DNA of 64,000 nucleotides from an uncultured delta proteobacterium (GTDB taxonomy: Bacteria; Desulfobacterota; Desulfobacteria; Desulfobacterales; JAFDCJ01): NCBI GenBank assembly GCA_963769935.1, contig CAVYNY010000016.1:64001-128000 (forward strand), read 5' to 3'. The translations under genes and the position numbers were made by a program. Every line of letters starts with the position of its first letter. Within the stretch, counting starts at the first letter, position 1. Under the pieces are notes generated by a model. The model was not told the origin of the DNA, searched no databases, and was given only the letters and a program-made list of their open reading frames with translations. This document shows, one piece after another, positions 40,254 to 50,920 of this stretch.

Positions 40254-42381
40254 ACCCCTGTTGAACATAGAACACCTGGATGCCTACTACGGCAAAAGTC
40301 ACATCCTGCAGGGAGTAAATCTGCAAGTACACCCGGGAGAACTGATCGTGGTCGTCGGCCGCAACGGCATGGGCAAAACAACGTTGCTGAAATCGGTTAT
40401 GGGGCTGCCGCCCGTGTCAAGAACCGGAACGATCCTTTTCGATGGCCAGGAAACCATCGACCGGCCCACCCATGAGATTGCGAACTTGGGGATTGGTTAT
40501 GTACCGCAAGGGCGGATGCTGTTTCCGTCTTTGACCGTTGATGAACACTTGCGTTTTGCCTGGCGCCGGAGGGTGGACAATTCCCAGTGGTCGCCCGAAA
40601 CGGTCTACGATCTGTTCCCGGAATTGAAAAACAGAGCCGATATCTCCGGTACCCTGCTGAGCGGCGGCGAACAGCAGATGCTGGCTATCGGACGGGCACT
40701 GGTCACCAATCCGCTGCTGTTAATGATGGACGAACCTTCCGAAGGTTTGTCCGTATCGGTCATCCAGCGGGTGGAAGAGGTTTGCCGCCATCTGAGTTCC
40801 CAGGGTATGGCGATCCTGCTGATCGAGCAGAACCTGGATATGGCCCAGTCTTTGGCCCAGCGCGCCTATATTTTCGTAAACGGCCGCATCGCCCGGGACC
40901 TGTCGTCCGCTGCGCTTGCGGCGGATCGGCACCTGCTGCAACAATTGCTGAAAGTGACGGCAGGAACCGGCGACCTCGCATCGGAGCAACCCGCGGAACC
41001 GGAGGCGGTTGAGGAACCGGCGACCGAAGTTATTCCCGAAGCTGTCGTCGGGGCCACTGCACCGACGCTGTGGAGCAGCGCCGACCTTTCGGAGGCCCGG
41101 GCGCTGGAAAGCACGACACTTACCCCCCCGGTGAGTGAAACCCGTCCGGCCGCATTGCAGGTGTCAGTGGCCGACACCATCGACCGGGCCGCCTACATCG
41201 CCGGGACCTTCGACACCAAGGCCCGGGACCTGCTGTTTATTAAGTACTGCCTGGACCGCCGGCGCCTGCGAACCATTACGGTGGATCTTTCCACTTCGCG
41301 CAAACCTTCCCCGGCTGCCATCAGTCCCACCGAGGTGGCCCGACACCATCCGCAAGGAATCGGGGCCGTGTTTACCGGCGACCGCGGTTCGGCAGTGGCC
41401 GGCATGGCCGAGGCCTTCACCCGCTTTATGGCCGGGCGCCGGGACGTGGGCGGCATCATCTCGGCCGGGGGCAGCGGCGGTACCGCCCTGGTGACCCCGG
41501 CGATGCGAAGTCTGCCGGTGGGCGTACCCAAAGTGATGGTTTCCACGGTCGCTTCCGGCAATGTCCGGCAATACGTGGGCCCTTCAGACATCTGCATGAT
41601 GTATTCGGTCACCGACGTGGCCGGCATCAACCGCATCTCGGCCAGCGTGTTGTCCAACGCCGCCCACGCTCTGGCAGGCATGATCGGGTTTCGACAGGAG
41701 GCGGACCGCTCCCGGCTGCCGGCTATCGGACTGACCATGTTCGGGGTCACCACCCCTTGCGTCCAGGCGATCACCAAGGCGCTGCAAATGCGCTACGACT
41801 GCCTGGTGTTCCATGCCACCGGCACCGGGGGCCAATCCATGGAGAAACTGGTTGAATCGGGTATGCTCGAAGGCGTCATCGACGTTACCACCACCGAAGT
41901 GGCCGATTTTCTGGTAGGCGGCGTCATGAGCGCCGGTGAGGACCGCATGGGGGCCATCATCCGGAGTCAAATTCCCTATGTCGGCTCCTGCGGGGCGCTG
42001 GACATGGTCAATTTCGAAGCCCTCGACTCGGTGCCGCAGAAATTCAAAGACCGCAACCTCTATCAACACAATCCCCAGGTGACCTTGATGCGCACCACCG
42101 CGGCGGAAAATCAGGCCATTGGGCGCTTTATCGCCGCCAAGCTCAACCAGATGGAGGGGCCCGTGCGTTTTTTGCTGCCCCTAAAAGGAGTTTCGCTGAT
42201 CGATGCCCCCGGCAAACCGTTTCACGACCCGGCGGCCGACCGAATGTTGTTCGACACCCTGGAAAGCGAATTTCGGCCGGGTCCCAATCGCCGGCTGATC
42301 AAACTCGCCCTGAACATCAATGATCCGGCCTTCGCCAAGGCCCTGGTCGATCACTTTTTGGACATTATACTAATGCAGTAA
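40246..42381 (+). CDS. LivF-like ABC ATPase fused to a Tm-1-like/UPF0261 domain
   Basis: [18 protein letters not shown] and DEPSEGL, then a Pro/Glu/Thr linker, then [52 protein letters not shown]. Confidence 0.88.
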   Translation: MSEPLLNIEHLDAYYGKSHILQGVNLQVHPGELIVVVGRNGMGKTTLLKSVMGLPPVSRTGTILFDGQETIDRPTHEIANLGIGYVPQGRMLFPSLTVDEHLRFAWRRRVDNSQWSPETVYDLFPELKNRADISGTLLSGGEQQMLAIGRALVTNPLLLMMDEPSEGLSVSVIQRVEEVCRHLSSQGMAILLIEQNLDMAQSLAQRAYIFVNGRIARDLSSAALAADRHLLQQLLKVTAGTGDLASEQPAEPEAVEEPATEVIPEAVVGATAPTLWSSADLSEARALESTTLTPPVSETRPAALQVSVADTIDRAAYIAGTFDTKARDLLFIKYCLDRRRLRTITVDLSTSRKPSPAAISPTEVARHHPQGIGAVFTGDRGSAVAGMAEAFTRFMAGRRDVGGIISAGGSGGTALVTPAMRSLPVGVPKVMVSTVASGNVRQYVGPSDICMMYSVTDVAGINRISASVLSNAAHALAGMIGFRQEADRSRLPAIGLTMFGVTTPCVQAITKALQMRYDCLVFHATGTGGQSMEKLVESGMLEGVIDVTTTEVADFLVGGVMSAGEDRMGAIIRSQIPYVGSCGALDMVNFEALDSVPQKFKDRNLYQHNPQVTLMRTTAAENQAIGRFIAAKLNQMEGPVRFLLPLKGVSLIDAPGKPFHDPAADRMLFDTLESEFRPGPNRRLIKLALNINDPAFAKALVDHFLDIILMQ

Positions 42382-42440
42382 TAGTTATGAACTTCTCATT
42401 AACATCCGGTTTTGCCGGACATAATATTTAGGAGATTGAC

Positions 42441-43274
42441 ATGGCGCGTTTCACCCGACAACAAATTTTAGATCGACTCAACGCGAAAATTCGCAGCGGA
42501 CAGCCCATCGTCGGCGGCGGTGCCGGCACCGGACTGTCGGCCAAATGTGAGGAGGCCGGCGGCATCGACCTGATCGTTATCTACAATTCAGGCCGCTACC
42601 GCATGGCCGGCCGGGGATCGCTTGCCGGGCTTATGCCTTACGGCAACGCCAACGACATCGTGATGGAGATGGCCCGTGAAGTGCTGCCGGTCACCCGCAA
42701 CACCCCTGTGCTGGCCGGCGTCAACGGCACCGACCCCTTTTGCATCTTCGACCACTTTCTCGACCAACTCAAGGCCGTGGGGTTTGCCGGGGTGCAGAAT
42801 TTCCCTACGGTGGGACTCATCGACGGCACTTTCCGGCAGAACCTGGAGGAAACCGGGATGGGCTTCGGGCTGGAGGTGGACATGATCCGGTTGGCACACG
42901 CCAAAGACATGTTGACGACGCCCTATGTGTTCTCCGAAGACGATGCCATTGCCATGACCGAGGCCGGAGCCGATGTCATCGTCTGCCATATGGGGCTGAC
43001 CACCGGCGGCAACATCGGGGCCGACACGGCCAAGACTCTGGACGATTGTGCCGATTATATCAACGCCTGGAGCACAGCAGCGCTGAAAAAGCGCCGGGAC
43101 GTGATCATCCTGTGCCATGGAGGTCCGATCTCCATGCCCGCGGATGCCGAATACGTCCTGAAGCGCTGTCCGGAATGCAACGGATTTTACGGGGCCTCCT
43201 CGATGGAGCGGCTGCCTACCGAGAAGGCCCTCACGGCCCAAACCAAAGAATTTCTCAACATCAAGCGCAGCTAA
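42441..43274 (+). CDS. TIM-barrel 'PEP hydrolase-like' protein (homologous to the Tm-1 C-terminal domain)
   Basis: [53 protein letters not shown]. Confidence 0.88.
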   Translation: MARFTRQQILDRLNAKIRSGQPIVGGGAGTGLSAKCEEAGGIDLIVIYNSGRYRMAGRGSLAGLMPYGNANDIVMEMAREVLPVTRNTPVLAGVNGTDPFCIFDHFLDQLKAVGFAGVQNFPTVGLIDGTFRQNLEETGMGFGLEVDMIRLAHAKDMLTTPYVFSEDDAIAMTEAGADVIVCHMGLTTGGNIGADTAKTLDDCADYINAWSTAALKKRRDVIILCHGGPISMPADAEYVLKRCPECNGFYGASSMERLPTEKALTAQTKEFLNIKRS

Positions 43275-43301
43275 CGGCAGCCCAAAAAACAGGTTTTAAA
43301 A

Positions 43302-43625
43302 AGGTTTCAGGTGTCAATAAAGAAAAAGACGACAGAAGTCAGAAGCCGGATGACAGAAGACAGATGGCAGAGGACCGAAAATAGAAGGTGAGAAGATAAG
43401 AAGGTGAGAGGGTGAGAGGGTGAGAGGGTGAGAAGATGGGAAGCGGGTTGAAGTTATTGGTTATTAGCCTTTAGGAGACGAAGTTAAAAAGGGAACCACC
43501 ACGGAACAGAAGAATATCTGATTTCGATGTCCTACGGTGCCTTGTGACTATGAACTATGAGCTATCTGCTACGAGCTCATCTATCTGAACCCTGAACCCA
43601 AAACATCCAGCATCAAGTATCCAGT
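43302..43625. repeat. Composite intergenic block of 7-8 nt tandem repeats
   Basis: tttcaggtgtca, gacagaa units, (AGAGGGTG/AGAAGGTG) in about 7 units at 43384-43439, ctatgaa/ctatgag, ctgaacc and cagcatc units. Confidence 0.75.
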
Positions 43626-43637
43626 AGGAGGAGTGTC

Positions 43638-45317
43638 ATGACAATATACGGGTGGGTTATTCTAGCGGTCATTATTGCGATAATCCTCATCGCGGTGGGG
43701 ATCTGGTTCATCCGGTCCTTTTATCGCCGATCGTCTAAGGAAATCGCCTTCGTTCGCACGGGACTGGGGGGGCAGAAGGTCATCATCGATGGTGCCGCCT
43801 TTGTTTTTCCGATTTTTCACGATGTCACCGAAGTCCATCTCAATACCCTGCGGCTGTCGGTGGTGCGTGATAATGAGAATGCATTGATCTCCAAGGACCG
43901 CATGCGCGCTGACGTGGCCGTGGATTTTTACATTCGTGTCCACAAAGAGGTCGACAGCGTCACCATTGCCGCCCAGACCCTCGGGCGCAAGACAGGCAAG
44001 CCCGACGAACTGCGAGAGATGATGGAGGGCAAATTCGTCGACGCACTGCGGGCCACGGCCGCCGGCATGACCTTGGAAATGCTCCACGAGAAACGCAGTC
44101 AATTCGTTCAGGCCGTGGGACAGGCCGTGGCTGAATCCCTGACCAAGAACGGGTTCGAACTTGAATCGGCCAGCCTGATCAACCTCGACCAAACCGACAT
44201 GGAGTATTTCAACCCCTCCAATGCCTTTGATGCCGAGGGCTTGACCCGGTTGACGGACGAGATCGAACAGCGCAAGAAGACACGCAACGACATCGAGCAG
44301 GACACCCTGATCCAAATCCGAACCAAGAACTTGGAAACCGAAAAGCAAGGCCTGAATATCGAACGCGAGAGCGAATACGCCCGCTTGGCCCAGGAAAAGG
44401 AGCTGGAGTTCCGCCGCGCTCAGCAGCAGGCTGAATTGGCCCGCGAGCGCGCCGAGCGCAAACGTGAGGCGCAAGTGGCCGACATCATTGCCAACGAGGA
44501 GATCGAGAAGGCCCGCATCGCTTCCGAGCGCCAGCTGAAGCAGGACCGTATCGAGCAGCAGCGGGACATCGAGGCCTTGGAGATCGAACGGCGCAAATTA
44601 ATCGAGCTGGCCGAGCACGCCCGGACGATTGCCGTGGCCGAATCCTCCGAGGCCGAAACAGCGGCACGCGCCAGGGCCGACGATGTGCGTGCGGCGGCCA
44701 TTTCGGCCGAAGAAGCCGTCTTTACTGCCCGGGAGAAGGCCCAGGCGGAGCGCAAAAAACAGGTGGAGCTGATCCTGACGGCTCTGGAGGTGGAAAAGGA
44801 CCAGCTGCGGCAAAAAACCCGCATCGCCACCGAAAAGGCGGTGGCCGCCGAGCAGGCGGACATTGCGCGTATCGAGGCCGATGCCTTTGCCGCAAATGAA
44901 GAAACCCGTTCGAAAGCCTATCGAATTCGGCACCAGGTCGAATCCGAGGGGGTCCGGCTCATGGCCGAGGCCAACAATATCGCCAGCCCCGAGGCGCGGG
45001 TCTCGGCCTTGCGCTTGCGCCTAGTGGAAAAACTCGACGCGATTATCCGCGAGAGCGTCAAGCCCATGGAGAAGATCGAAGGGATCAAGGTGGTTCACTT
45101 AGAAGGCCTGACGGCGCCGGCCGGCGGCGGATCGCCGGACGGTGAAGGCGGGCTCACCGACCGGCTCGTCAGCAGCGCCTTGCGCTACCGCGCCCAGGCT
45201 CCTCTCCTGGACTATCTGTTGGGCGAAATCGGGATCGATGCCGGCAACCCCAGCAAGCTCGCACAGGTTTTGGCTGAACTAAAGAAGGATCGCCCCGAAG
45301 GGGCTAAAGATAAGTAG
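43638..45317 (+). CDS. Flotillin-like SPFH/band-7 protein (YqiK-like)
   Basis: N-terminal TM, AFVRTGLGG, ELESASL, NAFDAEGLT, long Ala/Glu coiled coil, KPMEKIEGIKV, RAQAPL. Confidence 0.9.
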   Translation: MTIYGWVILAVIIAIILIAVGIWFIRSFYRRSSKEIAFVRTGLGGQKVIIDGAAFVFPIFHDVTEVHLNTLRLSVVRDNENALISKDRMRADVAVDFYIRVHKEVDSVTIAAQTLGRKTGKPDELREMMEGKFVDALRATAAGMTLEMLHEKRSQFVQAVGQAVAESLTKNGFELESASLINLDQTDMEYFNPSNAFDAEGLTRLTDEIEQRKKTRNDIEQDTLIQIRTKNLETEKQGLNIERESEYARLAQEKELEFRRAQQQAELARERAERKREAQVADIIANEEIEKARIASERQLKQDRIEQQRDIEALEIERRKLIELAEHARTIAVAESSEAETAARARADDVRAAAISAEEAVFTAREKAQAERKKQVELILTALEVEKDQLRQKTRIATEKAVAAEQADIARIEADAFAANEETRSKAYRIRHQVESEGVRLMAEANNIASPEARVSALRLRLVEKLDAIIRESVKPMEKIEGIKVVHLEGLTAPAGGGSPDGEGGLTDRLVSSALRYRAQAPLLDYLLGEIGIDAGNPSKLAQVLAELKKDRPEGAKDK

Positions 45318-45387
45318 AAAATCCAGACCCAGAGGATTCGGCTTTGTTTCATCCCAAAAGGGTTGTGTCTGGCGTCAGATAACTCAT

Positions 45388-45520
45388 GGGATAATGGAAT
45401 ATTGAAAATAGCGGCCCAAAAGCGGATAATGATCTAATTTTATTTTCTGATCAGTGCCATCCATATAAAAACAGATCTCATACCGCCAAACCCAACATTC
45501 CAACATTCCATTATTCCAGT
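45388..45520. repeat. Inverted octamer-unit element (TGGAATAT/CAACATTC)
   Basis: tgggataatggaatattg versus caacattccaacattccattattcca. Confidence 0.6.
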
Positions 45521-45598
45521 ACCCCAGGGCACTCAAACACGGCAAAGCCACATTTTTCTAACCTGGCTCATAGAACCGGGTTTTAGAGGAGGATATAG

Positions 45599-46039
45599 AT
45601 GGTCAAGGTTTATCGGTCCACGGTCCTGAATGCTCCGGCCGATCGAGTGTGGCGGGACCTGCGCGATTTCAACGGGCTTGCCAACTGGCACCCATCTATC
45701 GTAATGAGCCGCATCGAAAACGACCACCCGGCCGACAAGGTCGGGTGCGTCAGAAATTTCCAGCTCAAGGACGGCGCCCGCATCCGGGAAAAACTGCTGT
45801 CACTGTCGGATTACGACTACGCCTGCACCTACACCATACTGGACAGCCCCATGGATGTGAAGGATTACATTGCCACTTTGCGGCTGTTGCCCGTCACCGA
45901 GGGCAATCGCTGCTTCATTGAGTGGTCGGCGGAATTCGAATGCCCGCCGGAAAAGGTTGCTGAGCTGGCCGAAACCGTCGGCGACGGGGTGATTCAGACC
46001 GGGCTCGACGCATTGAAGAAACGCTACGGACAACGATGA
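45599..46039 (+). CDS. SRPBCC/START-fold (MxaD/polyketide cyclase-like) protein
   Basis: VW..LRDFNGLANWHP, VGCVRNF, IREKLL, FIEWSAEF. Confidence 0.88.
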   Translation: MVKVYRSTVLNAPADRVWRDLRDFNGLANWHPSIVMSRIENDHPADKVGCVRNFQLKDGARIREKLLSLSDYDYACTYTILDSPMDVKDYIATLRLLPVTEGNRCFIEWSAEFECPPEKVAELAETVGDGVIQTGLDALKKRYGQR

Positions 46040-47520
46040 AGATTACCGTCATTCGATCGGCCGTCATTGACGTACCCATCGACCAGCTGTGGGCTGTGCT
46101 GCGCGATTTCAGCAGTCATGACCGGTGGCATCCGGCCGTGGCCCGCAGCCGGATGGAAAACGATGTCGACGGTGACGTGGTCGGCGGGGTGCGACGATTC
46201 AGCCTCAGCGACGGCGCCGAGCTGCGTGAGCAGCTGCTGCGCCACAGCGACCGCGAGTGCACCTTTACTTACAGCATCCTTGACTCGTCCCTGCCTCTAT
46301 TTGACTACGTCGCCACGGTTCGCCTCAAGCCGGTGACCGACGGCAACCGGACCTTCTGGGACTGGCGCTCGCAGTTTCGCGCCCCGGACGATCGCGCCGC
46401 AGAACTGGAAAACCTGGTCGGCCGACAGATTTTCGAGGCCGGATTCACGGGGCTGCATAAGTTTCTGGCCCAGTCGGCGGCGCTCCCCCGAACGCCGGCC
46501 CCTACAGAACCGACTCAGGTGGCCGCGGTCAGCGACCTCCTGCCTTCCAAAGCGGTGGAGGTGGCGGCTTTCGGAGGCCCCGGGGTCATGTTCCTGCGCG
46601 ATGGGACCGTCCCTGCGCCGGGCCCCCGGCAGGTGCGCCTTCGCCAGACCGCGATTGCCGTCAACTTCCTCGATCTCCAGCAGCGCCGGGGAATCGCCGC
46701 GGGCTATGATCTGCCGGGAACGCCGGGGATGGAGGGCGTGGGGTTGATCATCGACGTGGGGCGGCAGGTCCATGGTTTGTTCCCGGGTGACCGCGTCGCC
46801 TACCTGAGCCGGACGCCCGGCGCCTATGTCGACATGCGCTGCATCGATGCCGACGCCTGCATCCCCCTGCCCGACGGCGTATCCGATATGGACGCTTCAA
46901 CATTGCTCAAAGGCGTCACGGCTGCGTTAGTGCTTAGCCGGGTTTTCAGGGCCGCCCCGGGGGCAGCCATCCTGATCCAGGCGGTTGCCGGCGGCGTGGG
47001 CCACCTGCTCAGCCAATGGGCCAAATCCATGGATCTCACTGTCATCGGCACGGTATCTACTGCCGAGAAGGCCAAGTTCAGCCGAGACTGCGGCTGCGAC
47101 TACCCCATTGTGGTCGCAGACGATACCCCCTTAGCGGCCGAAGTGATGCGCATCACCCATGGGCGCGGCGTCGACTACTGGGTTCACAGCAGCGGCGCCC
47201 AGGGACTCGATACCGCCGTCGCCTGCCTGTCTCTCTGCGGACACTGCGCCGTCATCGGCGACCGCGACGGAAAGTCCATCCCCCTGGACGTAACCGTGTT
47301 GAAGCAGCGGTCTCTGACCGTGTCGGCCCCGGTAGGCTTTGACTATTTTGACGATCGGCCCTACCTGCAGCGCCTCGCCCATCAACTGTTCGCCAAGATT
47401 CAAAGCCGCATGATTATCCCCGTCATCGAAGCGTTTCCCCTAAGCCGGGCGGCTGAAGCCCATAATCGAATCGAATCCCGTCAGAACAAGGGTGCCGTCG
47501 TTCTGACCCCGGAAGGGTGA
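46036..47520 (+). CDS. SRPBCC domain fused to a quinone oxidoreductase-like MDR domain
   Basis: N-terminal LW..LRDFSSHDRWHP. C-terminal VNFLD, PGMEGVG, GDRVAY, AVAGGVG, AAEAH..IESR..GAVVL. Confidence 0.85.
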   Translation: MKITVIRSAVIDVPIDQLWAVLRDFSSHDRWHPAVARSRMENDVDGDVVGGVRRFSLSDGAELREQLLRHSDRECTFTYSILDSSLPLFDYVATVRLKPVTDGNRTFWDWRSQFRAPDDRAAELENLVGRQIFEAGFTGLHKFLAQSAALPRTPAPTEPTQVAAVSDLLPSKAVEVAAFGGPGVMFLRDGTVPAPGPRQVRLRQTAIAVNFLDLQQRRGIAAGYDLPGTPGMEGVGLIIDVGRQVHGLFPGDRVAYLSRTPGAYVDMRCIDADACIPLPDGVSDMDASTLLKGVTAALVLSRVFRAAPGAAILIQAVAGGVGHLLSQWAKSMDLTVIGTVSTAEKAKFSRDCGCDYPIVVADDTPLAAEVMRITHGRGVDYWVHSSGAQGLDTAVACLSLCGHCAVIGDRDGKSIPLDVTVLKQRSLTVSAPVGFDYFDDRPYLQRLAHQLFAKIQSRMIIPVIEAFPLSRAAEAHNRIESRQNKGAVVLTPEG

Positions 47521-47628
47521 ACCCCGGAAATTTTCCATTTAAAGTGCTCTTCCAGTTTTAATATTTGCGTCAGTCTAATGCTTGGCAGCTGTTGACTTGT
47601 CCAGATATTGCTATGATGAAAGCAGGAA

Positions 47629-50625
47629 CTAGATCCGATAAAGTTTCAGCGGGCTGTCGGCCAATTTTTGATTGGCAGCGTCCAACTTATCTTCACCGGA
47701 TATCACCGCCACCGCCCTGTCTGTCTCCTGCCAATCGAAGTATTTCTCGGCGGCCTGCATCACCTTTTTGCGGGTCAGTGACAAAAGCGCACTTTTGAAC
47801 CGCAGGCGCATCTCGTCGGACAAAGAGATAATTTTCCGGTAAAACGCTTTGCGGGCCGCCGGTCCCGGGGGATCGGGTTTGTCAATTTCAGAGCAAACCT
47901 GCAATACCGCCTCATCGACATCTTCAGCGTCGAACTTGCCCGCCCGAATAAATGCAGCGGCATTGTCAAAGGCATTTAAGGTGGCTACGATGTGGGGGTC
48001 CCGGTAAGAAGCAAAACTGAACAGACCGTCTTCCGGGCTGTATAAAGCGAAACCGCCGTAAGCCCCGCCCTTTTCCCGAATCTCACGGTGCAGATACATG
48101 GAACGCAGAATCTTGCTGATCACGGATAAGGCCGCACTGTCCGCATGTTCCATGCGAACGGTTTCAAAGGCCAGCGCGACGAATGAAACGGCCGAAGAAG
48201 TGCTCCATCCCTCGCGAACCATTTCACTTTCCAGGCTGATGTTCGGCGCAATGAAGCCATCGCCGCTTCCCTCACCGAAACCGCTAAAAACCGAAGTCAA
48301 ATTTTCAACGGCATTCGTCATCGCAGCATCTTCTCCAATTAAGGCCATTTTGAAATTATTTTGGGTGAGCAGCGATTTTCCGATGGCCGCCAGGTCCTTG
48401 GAAATGGCCCCGAGCTTTTGCTGGTCAAGTTCATCGGAAAGCTGCTTGATGGTCTGCAGGTGATGCACCCCACTCCAGATTTCGCCCAGCGCCCGGGTGG
48501 CGGAAAATCGCCGTGAAGCCAGGGAAATCGCCAGTCGATGGCCGTTATGAATGACCATGGATTCCAAGCCGGCCCGATACTCGAGCAGCAGGTTTTTCAG
48601 GCGTATGGTATCGGAAAAATCACACTGGTGCAGCAATTCCCGGATGATATCAAACATCCGGTCCTGATTCCTGAGCAGGCATTTGCCGTTAAAAGAGATA
48701 AAGGGGACGCACTCCCCGGCCGGATCAAAGCGGGTGCGGGAGTGGGTCGACAAACCGATGCCCCCTGTATGGGCATCAATGAGCTGTGCCAGTTCGGCGT
48801 AGTTGCGGCTCCGGGTGCCTATTCTGGAAAAAGCATAACAGAAAAAGGGGGCCAACGGCACCAGGGCCGCGGGCAGTGAACCGGTTCCGGCTGCCGCGGC
48901 AAAGTACACAATACCGGAGGTAGCCTGGTTGTACATGACGGCGTGCAGGCCGTCCTCTGAGCCGCTCGCTTCGATAATGGGAACCGACGGTGGAATATCT
49001 TCCCGCTGCAGCGTGGGAAGGCTGGAAACGTCCTCTTCGGATTCCTGCAGCCGCTGCAACGCTTCCGCGTCCTGTTGAATCAGCTCGATATCGGTCGGCG
49101 ACAGATTCTTTCTGAGGCGGTCAAGCTCGACGTCCTGACGTCTGGCTTCCCGTTCCTCCATCTGTTGATCCGGTGCCAGCGTCAAAAGAATCCGGTGCGG
49201 GTTGTCCAGAAAGTATTTTTTGATTTGGCTTTCAAAAAAAGGGCCCTTGGCCAGCTCGCTTTGCAGTCTGACCAGATCGGCATCAAAATTTAAAATCTTG
49301 AGCGGGTCGCCGCCGTGGAACCAGCTGCCGGAAAATGTCAGCAGCAATTTGATGCCATAAGGGTAAGGCGTGTTGGTGATCTCCTTGCGATGAAACTCAA
49401 TCTGATGTATTGCGGATTCAATCAGCTTTTTTTCAATACCGCCGGCGGCAAGCCGGTTCAGTACGTCCAGAATGATCTCTTCGATCTTGCCGGCGGATGA
49501 CTGCGCGACATCTTTCAAACCGCTGACAAACAGCGAGTCGCGGTTATCGGCTTCAAAACCGGCGCCGTCGCACAGAGCGCTGCCAAGTCCGGCGTCGATC
49601 AGTGCTTTGCGCAGGGGAGAGGCGGAATTGCCGAGCAGGATCTGTTCCAGCAAGGTCAGGGTCAGGATCTCAAACGGTTCCTTGATGTCGGCCGTCAACC
49701 AGGCCAGGCAAACCTGACATTTTTTGCTGGCGTCCTCTTTTTTACTGAACGGATACGGGAAGGTCACCGAGCGCGGATGGTTCCAGCGCGGCTGGGATTC
49801 AACGACTGTTCCGGGCTCAATTCGCTTGAAATTCTTCAGGACCGCAGCGTCAATAAAAGCCAGATGATCTTTAAGGGGCAGGTTGCCGTAGGTATAGAAA
49901 AATGCATTGCTGGGATGGTAATGCTTTCGGTGAAATTCTTTAAGCTGTTCATAGGTTAACGCCGGAATTTCAGCCGGCTCCCCGCCGGAATTAAACCGAT
50001 AGGTGGTCGCGGGGTACAAGGCTTTGAGAATGGAACGTGCCATCACCTGATCCGGCGAAGACATGGCGCCTTTCATTTCATTGTAAACCACGCCTTTGTA
50101 AGTCAATTGAAACGTGTCCGCACCCCGACCCTGCTGGTTTTCTGCAAGCTCCAGGCGGTGCCCCTCCTGTTTAAAGCTGAGCCTTTCAAGTTTGGGGAAA
50201 AATGCAGCATCCAGATAAACATCCATCAGATTGTAGAAATCCTTTCCATTCTGGGTCGAGAAAGGATACATGGTCCAATCCGATGCGGTAAAGGCATTCA
50301 TAAAGGTGCTCAGGCTTCTTTTAAGCATTGAAAAAAACGGATCACGCACCGGATACTTTCGCGAACCGCACAAAACCGTATGTTCAAGGATGTGGGCCAC
50401 GCCGGTGGAATCCTGTGGAACAGTCTTGAAAGCGACGCTGAAGGTGTTTTCTATGTCGCTGTTGCTGATGTGCACATGTTTCGCTCCGGTTCCCGAATGC
50501 TCCAATTCGTAAAAAGTTGAAGTTATCTCCTTCAACGGCTCAATGCGTTCAATGCGATAACCACAGATACAATCACCCTGCTTAAGATCCGGATTAATAG
50601 TGTCCGCTATAGTTTCCATAGTCAC
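47629..50625 (-). CDS. M16C metallopeptidase (presequence protease/insulinase family)
   Basis: HILEH inverted zinc motif, FMNAFT, GVVYNEMKG, IREKGGAYGG, SYRDP. Confidence 0.93.
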   Translation of the reverse strand: MTMETIADTINPDLKQGDCICGYRIERIEPLKEITSTFYELEHSGTGAKHVHISNSDIENTFSVAFKTVPQDSTGVAHILEHTVLCGSRKYPVRDPFFSMLKRSLSTFMNAFTASDWTMYPFSTQNGKDFYNLMDVYLDAAFFPKLERLSFKQEGHRLELAENQQGRGADTFQLTYKGVVYNEMKGAMSSPDQVMARSILKALYPATTYRFNSGGEPAEIPALTYEQLKEFHRKHYHPSNAFFYTYGNLPLKDHLAFIDAAVLKNFKRIEPGTVVESQPRWNHPRSVTFPYPFSKKEDASKKCQVCLAWLTADIKEPFEILTLTLLEQILLGNSASPLRKALIDAGLGSALCDGAGFEADNRDSLFVSGLKDVAQSSAGKIEEIILDVLNRLAAGGIEKKLIESAIHQIEFHRKEITNTPYPYGIKLLLTFSGSWFHGGDPLKILNFDADLVRLQSELAKGPFFESQIKKYFLDNPHRILLTLAPDQQMEEREARRQDVELDRLRKNLSPTDIELIQQDAEALQRLQESEEDVSSLPTLQREDIPPSVPIIEASGSEDGLHAVMYNQATSGIVYFAAAAGTGSLPAALVPLAPFFCYAFSRIGTRSRNYAELAQLIDAHTGGIGLSTHSRTRFDPAGECVPFISFNGKCLLRNQDRMFDIIRELLHQCDFSDTIRLKNLLLEYRAGLESMVIHNGHRLAISLASRRFSATRALGEIWSGVHHLQTIKQLSDELDQQKLGAISKDLAAIGKSLLTQNNFKMALIGEDAAMTNAVENLTSVFSGFGEGSGDGFIAPNISLESEMVREGWSTSSAVSFVALAFETVRMEHADSAALSVISKILRSMYLHREIREKGGAYGGFALYSPEDGLFSFASYRDPHIVATLNAFDNAAAFIRAGKFDAEDVDEAVLQVCSEIDKPDPPGPAARKAFYRKIISLSDEMRLRFKSALLSLTRKKVMQAAEKYFDWQETDRAVAVISGEDKLDAANQKLADSPLKLYRI

Positions 50626-50699
50626 CCCGTTTTTTCTTGAATTTGTTTTGTGTATTTTGTGGCAGAGGATCTAATTATTTGCTGAAAAACCCACTCAGA

Positions 50700-50904
50700 G
50701 AAATGCCTAAAGTTAGAAAATGCCTAAAATGCCTAAAATTGATGAATTCTGGCGATTATATTATCGAAGAAACCCAGAACGCGCTATCAACTATTTTCTT
50801 AATTTCCGCCATTCCATAAGCCAAACAGCGTCCTTTCATAAAAAGTTGAAATGCAGTGACACCGCCATTTTAGGCATTTTAGGCATTTTGCAATTTTAGG
50901 CATT
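50700..50904. repeat. Inverted-repeat element, AAATGCCTA family
   Basis: aaatgcctaaa three times versus tttaggcattt three times. Confidence 0.75.
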
Positions 50905-50920
50905 CATCAGGGCGTCCGTG

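Noticed and set aside
43384..43439. Octamer tandem array as a possible CRISPR
   Set aside because: The units are contiguous with no unique spacers, and no cas genes are present.
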